Below are positions 47,743 to 59,696 of a stretch of 64,000 bases of DNA, in pieces. Positions within the stretch are counted from its first letter, which is position 1. Each line of letters begins with the position of its first letter. The notes below the pieces were generated by a model. It was not told the DNA's origin. It saw only the letters and a program-made list of their open reading frames with translations, and did not search any database. The stretch comes from Lama glama (taxonomy: Eukaryota): positions 20,524,001-20,588,000 of the forward strand of contig CM052816.1 of NCBI GenBank assembly GCA_028534125.1. Reading direction: 5' to 3'. The translations under genes and the position numbers were made by a program.

Positions 47743-50700
47743 TGCCACCCCCAGTGAATAAGTTCTGAGGAAAGTTTCCAGAGAGACTATAAGATACTTT
47801 CAGGGTCTTCCAGGTAGTGTTAAGCTCCACTGGACATCTGTTCTTCCTAGTTTCACTATAAAATATGTCCTGTTCCTTCTTTTTTCAATGGAGATGGGGC
47901 CTAGGACTACTTCCAGGCTTCTCTGGAAGCAGAGCCCTGGAGCTCACAGACAGGAAGAAGAGAGAAGACGTGTGTTTGTGTGAGAAAGGGCAACACAGTC
48001 AAAGTACCGGAGCTGGAACTAGCGGGAGAGCAGGAACCAAGACTGTGGAGGGAGGAGGTGGGCTGGCCACAGAGGGAAGAAGCAGGGCTGTGCCTCTGAG
48101 AGTCTCCCCAGGGTGGGGCGGGCAGAGGGCTGCACAGGGGGCGCTGTCCTGTCTTCCCCTGTGTAGCTTTGCTGCTGCCCTGGTTGACAGGAGCACTGTG
48201 GCACAGAGAACCCCGTCCTGATGGGGTGGGGAGAACTCTTGATGAAGGAAAGGGGAGGTGGTCATTCAAAAACAGTCCATACGCCAAGTGTGCACAACCC
48301 AGAGCCCATCAAGGCTAAAACAAGAAATAAACACCAAATTGTTTCACATCACGGAGCCCAGGCTAGTGTCCAGCCTGGGTGTGGCCCCTCATGGCTTCAC
48401 CATGCCTTCTGTCCGCGAGGCACCTCGGACACTGGGAACCAGTGTCTCTTACCTCTTCTCTCTGACCTGTTGCCTCAGACTACGCTGCTTGGGGACAAGG
48501 ACAATTTGTTCTGTTTTGAATTCTCTACAGTCCCCTCCGTAGATGTTTGATGATATCTATTGATTGAATTTACTCAAGTTTATAGATTTCTGAGAGCAAA
48601 ACAATGTTTTAAAACTAGTACAATTTTAAGTGTGTACTTGAAATTCTAGACAAATGTTTCTTTAAAATCTAGAATGCACAGATCTAATCCTAGTCATATT
48701 TGGTTGTCCCAGGTAGTGAGTGACTCTTGCTATGCTGTTAGCTCCAGGTGCAGGCTCTTGGCGGGGTGGTTGCTGATGGGCGGCCTCCCTCCCCAACCCT
48801 TCCCTGGATGCAGGGCGGGGGGGAAAGCACTGGGGAATGCTTTATGAGTTTGCCTTGCTCTTTGTTGTCAGCTTCAGAATCAACATATGTGCCCTTTGCA
48901 TTAGCCTCTTAGGCCCAAGGAAACAGGGAAAACAGTGAAACCCCCTGGCTTCTGGAAGTTTGCTGGCTGAAAGTTCCCCTGGAGGGTTCAGCCGATGGGT
49001 CTGCTGGGGCCAGGGGAGATGACAGTGTACCTCCCCTTGGAGAGGCAGAGATTTGAGCCGTCAGCACCAGCACCAGCCCACCTTCACGGTGAGAGAGGCT
49101 GGGACATCTCCCTTCCCCATGATGCTCCCCACCTGCCCCTGCTAGAATGTGGTGGTGTGTGCACCCACTCTCCATCCCCTGCTAGCCAGCACTCCTTCAG
49201 AATGTGTCATGCCCTGCCCAGGAGGCTGGCCAAGGCCTAAGCACACAGCAGATCATTCAGAAAACACTATGTGAAATCACCTAAAAAGCTGCAGGTTTCA
49301 AAGCACTGGACTCTTCCCTCCCTGACCCCATACTGTGTTTAATGACAGTACTTCTGCTGCTAAGGACAGTCATGCCAGCCCCTCCTGCCTGTGAGGACCC
49401 TCATAAATGGACAAGAGTTGCCCATCATCCCTGGACACACCGCTGAGTCTGGGTTGTCCCCGTTTCACAGCTGGGATCAGACTCAGGACAAAAATCTTAC
49501 TGGATGTGGAGAGGCTGGGATTCCAACCCCTGGGCACCTCTCTGGAGCTCCCATCAAGGAGAGCCCGTTTTCCTCTGGTGAACTGGGTGCAGTGGGACAC
49601 TGCCTTGGCCAATTCCAAGGCTGACTTCAAGCTGGGGTGCAAACAGAATGGAAATGGGAGGAGTGTGGCTGCCTCTCCCCAAGATAGTTGGGTGATGGCA
49701 TCCATGTATCCCCTTGGATGCACTGGCTGGGGTTGTAAAACCCAAAACAGATATTTCAAGACTTCCATGACTATTTTCTTAAGGACAAAAATCATTCTTT
49801 TTTATTTATATGTAAATAACTATTTTCTTGAGTAGGCCCAAAGAAATGAAACACAGATGGTGATAATGTTGAGAATGTTTACCTATTTCCTCTCTGAGGA
49901 CATCAGATTAGCCTTTCTCTGGGCGGAATGTGTAATCTGCTGGAAGACAATATCAGCCTTTTGATCTTGCAATACATTTTTCATATCTTCGCTGCAAAAG
50001 CTGATTATTATCGTGACATTTTTAAACAATGACTGTTCACCGTGTGGAATGGGAAGGGGAGGTTCAGCTGAACGTATAGATAGATGGAAGGCCAGACTGT
50101 GGGAATGAATTTTCCCCGTGTTTCTTTTGCCCAGTGACATTGGCATTAACCCTTTTATTCCGGGCACAGTTTTGTGCACTAATTGGAATCTGATGCTCGG
50201 CTGTACGAATGGGCCTCCCCTCGCTTGCATGTGGAGACCATTGATTAATGGCCTTGTCCACTCCTTCCAAGGTCGCTGTGCCTGCTTTTCTTATGGAAGT
50301 TAAAGGCTCCTTGATTAAATGGCAGAAACAGACTGAAAGGGGAAATGCATGAGGAAGGGCTTTTATGAACCGTGTGGGGCAATGCAGACTTGAGATGCTG
50401 ATGATTCCTTTGAAGATAGAGCCCATCTGAGCAAGCGACACAGGCGGCGATGGAGCATTTGATTGGCCCCGCTGCCTCCGCTCGCTAACATGGAAACTGA
50501 CATTTCTGAAAGGCTCCTTCGCACTGCTCTCTCACCTCCCTTCAGGGCTTCACAGCATTTCAAAGGGAAGGCATTGGATAAAGGAGAAAGCAGCACAAGT
50601 GGAAAGGACACAGATTTCAAACGCGTTCTGTTTCATTTTGGCTCCAGAGAATTTTGTTTGTGAGTAGACTGGGGCAAGTCTCTGTGAGTCAGGTGCACCC

Positions 50701-51911
50701 ACCTGTGTGCCCCGGAAGGCCTGTGATGTCCTGCCCAGTTGCTGAGATCAACTAGATGCCAGGCCAGGTGGCAGCAGTACGATGACGGCTGGAAGCAACC
50801 AGCAGAGGAGGGGTTAACGTTGCCCAAGCTGGCTACAGCTCCTGACATGCAGCCTCACACAGCCAGGCCATCTTACAGCAGAGTTAAAATTCCCCTGCAG
50901 CCACGCAGAGGAAACAGATAAATCATGAATGAATTTGAAATTTTATTTCCTTCTCTTCTCTTTTTTCTTTTTCTTTTTGTTCCTTCTCTACCTCCCCACC
51001 CTGGGAACAATGCTACAAAAAAATTGTAGTTTGTAAATTCCACCCAGTGCATTTAGCTTCATCCTTGCTTAAGGGTCTGTGGAATGGCATCTGCCTAGGC
51101 CTGTTTCATGGGTCCTGTCAGTGAGCTCCACACTGTGTGGACATCTGCAGGTATGCCACCAGGTTGGGAATGGAGCCCAGAGGTGGGCAGAGTGCAGGTG
51201 GCCCGGAGTGGAGGCATCCTCTCACCTCTGAGTAGGCCAGGTGTGTGTGTTTTGGTTGTATCTCCACTTAGAACTTCTTGAATCACTGGGTGGGCACAGG
51301 GGGCCCTTGTCCCTGTGCTGAGTCAGAGCTGGTGAAGAAGATCTCTGGCTTCAGTGGCCTGCTACTTGTGCTGAAGGGTGGCTTTTAAAAAGCAAAACTG
51401 TGTTTGATGTTGTGCCTTGACCTTTGGAAAGTCTTTCTAGGAGGGAAAAAAAAAAAAGGAAAGCTTCCTATTCTCAGTCCTAACCCACATGTCAGTGACC
51501 ACAGAGGATTGTCAGCCTGCACAGGAGAAGCCTGTCTCTGGGTCTTGGGCAGTGTGGTTAAGAGGCAGGGCATTAGCTGGTCCTCCACACGTGTAGGCTG
51601 GACTTGACTTCGTAGCCAATGGGCTTCGTTTCTACCCACCGGGATGTTTGGCGTGTGTGTGGGTGGGTGTGTGTGTGCACTCCAGACGTGATGCGGAAGT
51701 CACACTACAGAGGAGCTTTGAGGAGCTCCCCTGTGGGCCCCTGGGATCGTAATGGAATCCGGAAATCACCTCTGAAAGCCTGATCTGCTCAGTGAAAAGC
51801 CTGCGTTTCTTTGCAGGAAATACCCAAGCTGCTAATGTCACTATCCCCGGAAGAATGGCCCCTCCCACGCAGAATGGCAGATGCAGGCCTTGCTGATGAC
51901 AGGATGCCTGA

Positions 51912-52809
51912 GGCCCTGGGAGAAGGGCTGGCCGACCAGGTCCTCTATGGGCCTCTCCGTAGGCACGGAGAAGCACGGCCTTTGGACGCTGCCCAGTCTC
52001 CAGGCTCCGCCATCCTGCCCAGGGAGTGGGGACAGCACAGCTTGTCACTGAGTGGGGCCTGCCTGGGAATGCTTGTCCACAGGCCCAGGAGTCTGGTCTC
52101 ATCACCAGCTNNNNNNNNNNNNNNNNNNNNNNNNNNNNNNNNNNNNNNNNNNNNNNNNNNNNNNNNNNNNNNNNNNNNNNNNNNNNNNNNNNNNNNNNNN
52201 NNNNNNNNNNNNNNNNNNNNNNNNNNNNNNNNNNNNNNNNNNNNNNNNNNNNNNNNNNNNNNNNNNNNNNNNNNNNNNNNNNNNNNNNNNNNNNNNNNNN
52301 NNNNNNNNNNNNNNNNNNNNNNNNNNNNNNNNNNNNNNNNNNNNNNNNNNNNNNNNNNNNNNNNNNNNNNNNNNNNNNNNNNNNNNNNNNNNNNNNNNNN
52401 NNNNNNNNNNNNNNNNNNNNNNNNNNNNNNNNNNNNNNNNNNNNNNNNNNNNNNNNNNNNNNNNNNNNNNNNNNNNNNNNNNNNNNNNNNNNNNNNNNNN
52501 NNNNNNNNNNNNNNNNNNNNNNNNNNNNNNNNNNNNNNNNNNNNNNNNNNNNNNNNNNNNNNNNNNNNNNNNNNNNNNNNNNNNNNNNNNNNNNNNNNNN
52601 NNNNNNNNNNGGCCCTGGGAGAAGGGCTGGCCGACCAGGTCCTCTATGGGCCTCTCCGTAGGCACGGAGAAGCACGGCCTTTGGACGCTGCCCAGTCTCC
52701 AGGCTCCGCCATCCTGCCCAGGGAGTGGGGACAGCACAGCTTGTCACTGAGTGGGGCCTGCCTGGGAATGCTTGTCCACAGGCCCAGGAGTCTGGTCTCA
52801 TCACCAGCT
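51912..52809. repeat. Exact 199-bp direct repeat (51912-52110 and 52611-52809) flanking a 500-N gap; probable assembly overlap
   Basis: Both copies run ggccctgggagaagggc...tctcatcaccagct; I saw no differences, and each abuts the gap. Confidence 0.95.
52111..52610. other. Assembly gap (500 N)
   Basis: Run of exactly 500 N. Confidence 1.
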
Positions 52810-53454
52810 CCCTGCCTTTGCCTTTTCACTCCTCTCCCAGCCCATGTTGTGGTGTGGAAGCCTCCCTGGGTCAGGCCTCTACCTGACATAAGCCTCCCCC
52901 GAGATTTTCCTCCTTTCTCTCCCTACAGATTTTTCTCTCGTGCAGGGCTTTTTCAAGGACCCTCTGCCCTCAGCCTCCACTGGTAAAGCCTGCTTGCCTG
53001 ACCCTTTCTAAAAGGGCGAATTCATTTGAAAAGGCAATCCTTATAGGTTAAGAAACAGAGGAAGAGGCACTGCATAACTGTTTAAAGAAGAGACTTCTGT
53101 CCTCTTGCCGCCACCTTCACCCTGGGGCACCGCGCCTGCCGCTCTCCCTTCGTTCTTTTATGTTAAACGTTCCCTGCCTATTATTTTCTTGGGAAATAAA
53201 AATGCTCCTCAAGATGCTATGTCTGCCACTTTGATATAAGTTTATTCTTTCTCTGGAGCAGAAAATCTGGGAAGTAGTGAGGCAAGGAGCCCAGGAAGGT
53301 GAAGGACCTAAGAGGAAGGGGGGCCCAGTGGGGAGACTGGATATGCCCCCTCCACCTTTCTCTCCCTCTCACAGCTGCGCTGGAAGCCGCTCCAGGCAGG
53401 GCTGTCTCTTGCTCATCTCTCAGCCCTCCTCCCTTGGCACAGAACCTGCCATTT

Positions 53455-53660
53455 GGGCATTTAACCAACTCATGTGGAATGAGGCCAGCTACGTGCCACG
53501 CACCACGCTGGGGGTGGAACACCGAGTCAAGTAAGACATGGACCTTTCCTGCAGCCCTCCAGGCTGTGGAGGAGATTGGCAACAGAGAACATTCTAGAAC
53601 AGAAGGCCACTAGGAGGGCCCAGTGATAGGACAGAGTGCTTTGGAGCCCACACATCTTGG
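53455..53660 (-). mobile_element. L2 3' fragment
   Basis: catttaaccaactc...tgaggccagctacgtgccacgcaccacgctggggg...taagacatggacc. Confidence 0.65.
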
Positions 53661-55904
53661 GGTCTCCGTAGTTCCTGGTTCAGTCTGGTTACCGAAGACA
53701 GAGGGCGCTAAACAAAAGCCTTCACACCCCCACCAGTGACTGGCAGGCTGTGTGTGGCATCCATAACAACCCCGTTCCAGGGCAGCAGGATTTGGATGGC
53801 TGCTGGTAACACGGTGTGGCAGCCGTCTCTCTGGGGCCTCCCAGTGTTCCCAGCTCGAGTGCAATGCCACATTTGCGGGCAGAGAGATCTCACTGTCGGC
53901 AAATGTTTCATGTGTCCAAGCAACCATCTGCCCTCTGTGTGAGTGCACAAACTCTGGTAGTTGCTGCTGCAAGTTCAACTTGAGGACTGGGGCTGGTGTC
54001 GCAGAGCTGGGAGTGGGGTAAGGGGTTTCACTGATGCAGCCCCACCATTGAGGAGAAGCCGCGTCCTGCACCTTTCAGATAGAGCTTGCTCAGGACTTGT
54101 TGCCAAGCCTCATTTTTAAAAGCTCTGCAACTTTACTTAGATGGATGTGGTTTTGCTTTGTAATCAGATTTTCACCAAACTGATATATCATTAAACCTTT
54201 GTTTTTACAATACATACTTTATTGCAAAGCTGATTTCAACAGAGTATTGCAGATTCAATGTAATTTTTATGTCTTAGTTGTTGTTTTTTTATTTTTTATT
54301 TTTTGGTTGCTAGGGTACCGAACACTTCTGAGGAAGTAGCTTGATAGTATCTATAATATGGTGGTTTTCCGGATAAGAGATTGCATTACCCCATGTAATA
54401 TATTTGGGCAGACTATATCCATCATAGCTCGGCTAGATAAATAAATTAAAAATCGCTGATTAAGGAAGAAATGTGATATTTCTCTTGCTGAGAATGGTTT
54501 ATACTTCTCTTCTGATGGCCGCTGTGCTGCCGGTGTGCCTCATCTCCACCCAGCTTAGTCGTTTCCATTTTTTGTGAAAGGTAAAAATGCTGCGATGGCT
54601 TTCAGAACTGAGAACGCTGCGTCACAGGCTGGTGGCCACCCCCACCCCAAGCCTCCAGCCCCTCAACCCACCCTCTTCCTGATTGGTCTTGAGTGGGACC
54701 CCAGGGCTCCTACTGGGCGCTAACCACGTGATGGGCCCTCGTGGGGACCACACACCCTCGCCTGGGTGTGTGCTGTGGCTCCCGGTTATGGACTCTGAGC
54801 AGGTGGCTTATTCCTTTTCTCCCATCTCCTTCCCCAAATTGGCAGCCTGGACCGGGCAAAAGTCAGGGCCAGCCTCAGGGTCTGACCTGGATCAGGTGTC
54901 AATCTCCTGAGTCAGCTCAGAGGAGTCAGAACACAGTCCCCTCTGTGAGTCACCAACACCAGGCACAGCGAGGAGCTGCTCCTGGAACAGGTGCCATTGC
55001 CTAGTGGGGAGCACACACACAGGAGTCCATCTAGTCTCAGGACATGAACTTGGGAAGCTGTAGTCCAGTTACTGTCCACTCAGAGTATTGTCATAGTGAG
55101 ACCGTGGGCATGATGATGATGATGTCAGATTACAGACTTGAGGAGAGGGTGGCATCACCCAAGCCCATAGTGTGGATCTGTTGCTGGGCTCACCTCACCT
55201 CTAGTGCTCCCCCCTCATGAATGAGGCCTCCTTGCAGGAGAGAGAAGAACTGTATGTCCTTTCTGCCTTCCCACTGCCTTTGTTGTGTTTGGATCTGGAG
55301 TAGTGTGTTCACTTGTTCGTTCATTCATTTGTTTATCCATCCATTCATTTCTTCTGGAGCATGGACGGTCATAGACACTGACACGTTTCCAAGTTCACAA
55401 GGCACTGCTTGTATCATCCCAAGTCACTTCCCATCTGCACCTCGGCTGCCTCCCAAGGTTTCTGGGAGCATTCAGTGACCCAGTGGGGCACAGTGCAGGG
55501 GGAGCCTGCAGCAGAGAAGAACCGCATCACCATCATGTCTGGTTTTCGGATGAGGACAGCACAGCTGTGTCGTGTGTGGTCCCTCTGGGAGGGAGGGGCA
55601 CCAGCACGCCTCACTCAGTCCCCTGGGGCCCTGCTTCCCCAGTGAAAGACAGCTAACCCCTTTTCTGTGTAAGAAGGACTCGGAAGCTCAGAGTGGCAAG
55701 CATTTCCACCTTTCCCTGTTGGAAAAGTTTCTCTCTGAATTCTTTCTGGAATGGACTCCCTAAACTAATTATGTCAAGGTCTATTAAAACTTCCTAAATA
55801 AATCTCTCCAAACTAACTGCACAGGTCATTGGAATTGTGGGCAGTTCTTGTGAAAGTTAATTCAGTGCTTTCACTATAGACTATTTACCATTCTCGGCAC
55901 ATTC

Positions 55905-56158
55905 ATAATTAAGATGATGGATTTCAGACACAGACTGTGCCTGGGTTCAAAGCCTGGCTTTGCTGTTTATAAGCTGAGTAATCTTGGGCTAATTGCTTAA
56001 CCTCTCTGAGCCTCAGTTCTCTCATCTGCAAAGTCCATGTAATAAGGATATGTACCTCACAAAATAGTTGTAAGGGTTAAGTGAGTTAATACACACAGAG
56101 CTCTCAGAACAGTGCCCGGCACCTAGTAAAGTACTGGACGTGTTAGCTGCTGCTGTTA
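55905..56158 (+). mobile_element. Near full-length MIR SINE
   Basis: cagactgtgcctgggttcaaagcctggct...tcttgggctaattgcttaacctctctgagcctcagttctctcatctgcaaa...agaacagtgcccggcacctagtaa. Confidence 0.93.
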
Positions 56159-57419
56159 GTGTTTCTGGAGGAATTTCCATTTAAATGAGAACCGTCTACA
56201 GAAATTGCCTGCACAGAAACCTCTTAGATCAGGAAAATTTTCCCAGCTGTGGATCCTGCTAAGTATTCCTGTGTTGTTTTCCTCTCGTTGTTTGGTGCAA
56301 CACAAATACCTTTGTCATCTTTTTAAAATCCATCTCTTTGGTTTGGTCCTTGAGAGATGTAAGCAAAGGAGGATGAAAACTGAACAGTCCATATCTTCTT
56401 AGACAAGCTTCTTAGACAGGCAGGAGTGGCTCTCAGCAGTGCAGCTGGAGTTTTTGTGTTACATGGGACACTGGGCCAAGCAGCCGACCTTACAGACTGA
56501 TGACATCTTCGTCTCCCAGTCGCCTTGGTCTGCAAGGGTCATGGCCCCTGCAGCCCAGCATCCTGGCCACAGCTCTTGACCCCAGTGGTTTTGCACATTC
56601 ACAGGCTGCACCCGGGTGTGTGCCGTGGCTCCCAGGTGGGCTGATGGGAGACTGACCTGGAGCCTGGGGTGTCTTTTCAGAACCCAACTTTGACCTTCAC
56701 TGCTACCACCTGCTCCTTGGCCAGGTCAGGGAGCTCCATCCTCTGTGCTCCCTCAACCTGTATGTGGACCCCATGGAACCCAGTCCACTGTGGTTCCAGG
56801 GAAAAGAGGGACTGGGTCTTTTAAGCCTGCACTTGCAGTGCCTCCTGACACGGGGGAAGTGACGAGGCTGGCAGACAGCGGGACAGATGGTCCTCTCTCT
56901 TTGGCTGTGGCCACCCTGGTGCTCGTAGCTCATGGTGATCCCCGTATGGGCTCTCTTTCTGTGGTGAAGAGTTACAGCCATTCATTGCCAAAGAAATAGA
57001 AAATTCCAGTTCTTCTGCCTGACTCTGACAATTCTTTTGCCTTCTGAATTGCCCCAGGGGTGTGGGAGAAATCCTTTCCCTTTTTTGGTGTCAGTTTCTT
57101 GTCTGTGAGAAGAGACTGCTCTGTGCCCTGCACAGTGCTCCACAGAGCCTGGCCTGTGGCTCTGTCCAGAGGTGCGTGGAGCCCTGTCCCCCATTCGCTG
57201 CTGTTAACATTCTCACGTTTTCCCATTGTGTAGAATAGGCCCTCAATGGAATTCTTGCTTGGAATGGTAACATTGACCATTAGCCAGCATAGGTGGAACT
57301 AGGCAAGGTGTACAGTCCCTGCCCAGGTCAACTCAACCTGCCCTCGAGGGGCTTTGCCAAAACTGGGCGGCAGGGGGAAGGCTTTATCATCCAGGTTGCT
57401 CAGGCCCAGTGCCCACTGT

Positions 57420-57580
57420 CCCCTGCCAGTTCCCCTCCCTACCCTCTCCCCCTTTCTCCCCTTTCCCCCTCCCTCCCCACTTTCTCTTCTTCCCTCTCCC
57501 TCCCTCAGCCTCTTCTCCCTCCTTCTCTTCTCCTCTCCCCCAACCCTGCACTCACCCAACGCCTGCCCCCCCACCCCCGC
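57420..57580. repeat. C/CT-rich low-complexity tract
   Basis: cccctccctaccctctccccctttctcccctttccccctccctccccactttctcttc... Confidence 0.85.
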
Positions 57581-59551
57581 AGTGTGAAGAGCTAGGCCAC
57601 CTGGGAAAACTCGGAGTCTAGGTTCTGTCCAGCAGGCACCAAGTGCTGGCATTGCCGGCCCCTCTCCATGTAGCCTGGCCTCCCATCCTCTGTGAACGCC
57701 CCAGCTCCTTGATGGATGTGATCTGAAAAGGCGCTGGTAGACTCCTGCATCAAGTCAGCTGCTTGTGGCACTGAGATGACAGGTGCGATGTTTTCCTGGG
57801 GATGCTGAACTGGGAAAAGCACTGTCTCCCGTCGTAATGGAGCTAATGGCGTTCCGCTCAGGACAGCTGCACTTACATCTGGTATTAAACCACCGTGATT
57901 TAAACTTTATGATGCGAGAGGATGCCAGCTCGCCCACTGCAGCATATAAATTATGTCGATTGCTCATGCACTTTTTTTAACCCTGATTCTCCTGAATTAT
58001 GAAAGACGGACAAGACTGGTGATGGTTCTCAGGGCTCCCCTGGGCCCCGTGGGCTGTGAGCATACAGGAGCCCTTGCTCAGGGCGTGTGCAGATGGCTAA
58101 GTGAAAGTGGCAGCCATGAAGGCACAGTCCTGGTGGAGCCCTCAGCTCCTGAGGGGCCCATCACTCCAGGATCAGTAGGTCCCCTCAGGTGACCTCCTCT
58201 GCTGCCTCCTGTTGGGGAGACTCAGGTTGTATGTCATAAAGAGAATGGTCCTCCCTGCTTTTCAGAGTTTCCCAGTTTGAAATTGGCTTGGTGGTTGTGG
58301 ATTTGCATCCTGGGTTTTTTCCCCGACATAGAAACAGAGGAAAGGCTGGTGTTTGTGTGTGGTGAAGAAACAGGGTAAGCTCTAAGCAAAAAAGACTCTT
58401 CTTTCAAAGTTAGCTGGGAAGTGGTGTTTCAAAGCGTCTTGTGTAGTTCCTGCCAAACTCAGAAGACGTTCACATGTCTGAGTTGAACTTGACCTAAATG
58501 CGGAAGGAGGAGCCGGGATTGTTACTTCAGCTGGACAGCCGACCGCATGTCCGCAGTAAAAGGCCAGTGGTACCCCCATAGCGGAGGGCCTGCAGATTAA
58601 TTGCCACAGATCTGTTTCACTCAGGACAAATCCCACCTTCCCGCCATTTCCTTTTCTTTGAATTTCCTACATTTGCCAGTACTTAGACCTGTAGGGAAAA
58701 TGAATTGCACCATGGTGTTGTGAGGAGGGCATTGAAAAGAGAGCCCACAGCGGGAAAATCAGCCATCTCAGAGAGGAATCTGGAACTATTCGTGTGAACT
58801 TTGAAATGCTGGAGAGACGGCTGTGATTCCACCCGGGCAGGATGCTTGTGGCAGGCATCTCTCTGGACCCCATCCTCTCGGGCTCTGTCTTCCAGGCTTC
58901 CCCGACTCAAGGGCACACCTCACTACTATATTGGGTCACAGATTCTAGTCTCCTGACCTCCACCCCCAGATTCCAGCCCTAAAACCTGCCTCTCTCAGGA
59001 GACCGCTTACTACTCGTAACTTTAAGAGAAGCCCACATGCCCTAGACTTTTTAGCAATAATTCCGTGGGACCCTACATGCTGGTGTTAAGATGCCCCCCA
59101 AACAAGGTATCAGGCCCAGCATTTGGCAGAGGGTGGTCGGGGGTCGTCTCGGTGCTCACGATCTGTCTGGCAGGGCTGGTCTAGGGTGAAGCACTGAGGT
59201 GCAGAGCAGAGCCAAGGCTCAGCCACCCTGCCCCATGGGACCACAGGAGTTTCAGTGAGGTGCAGCACACACACCAAGGGGGCCAGAGGAGAAGGGGACT
59301 CGAGCGTGCCCCCCCCCCACTTTTCAGTGTTTGTCTGTATGCCAAAAGGCCACTACTAAAATGTGATACTGTCTTAGAGGGAAAATCTGTTCAAACTACT
59401 GTTGGAATTACCTCCCCAGTGTGAATTAGTCAATTGGCCATTAAACATCTGGGTGTGAGGGAGTCGATTACCTGAAACATTGCTGGCAGCTGTGGTTTAA
59501 AAAGAGCCCTGGATATGGGTTCTTGAATTTAAATGCCTGTCTGATCACCTT

Positions 59552-59696
59552 TAGTGGGCGTCAGGCTGCTTTGTGCACCTGGGGCGTTTGTTCAGAAGAC
59601 AGGGCATTCAGAGACCCCACCTCAGGGTCCGGAATCAGTAGGACATTTTTTAACAAACACCGCAGGAGGTCGGGGTCACCCTCTGAGAAACACTGA
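59552..59696. mobile_element. MER5A-like hAT-Charlie DNA transposon
   Basis: cacctggggcgtttgtt...accccacctcag...ggaatcagtagg...ttttaacaaacacc...caccctctgagaaacactg. Confidence 0.75.

Noticed and set aside
51632..52986. 390- and 391-aa ORFs with internal repeated peptides
   Set aside because: They span 500 N and the duplicated 199-bp overlap, so they are assembly artefacts
48128..53712. CTCF-like motifs (…CAGGGGGCGCTG near 48135, …CAGGTGGCAGC near 50765, …CAGAGGGCGCTA near 53700)
   Set aside because: All lack the conserved 5' CC of the CTCF core at the correct spacing
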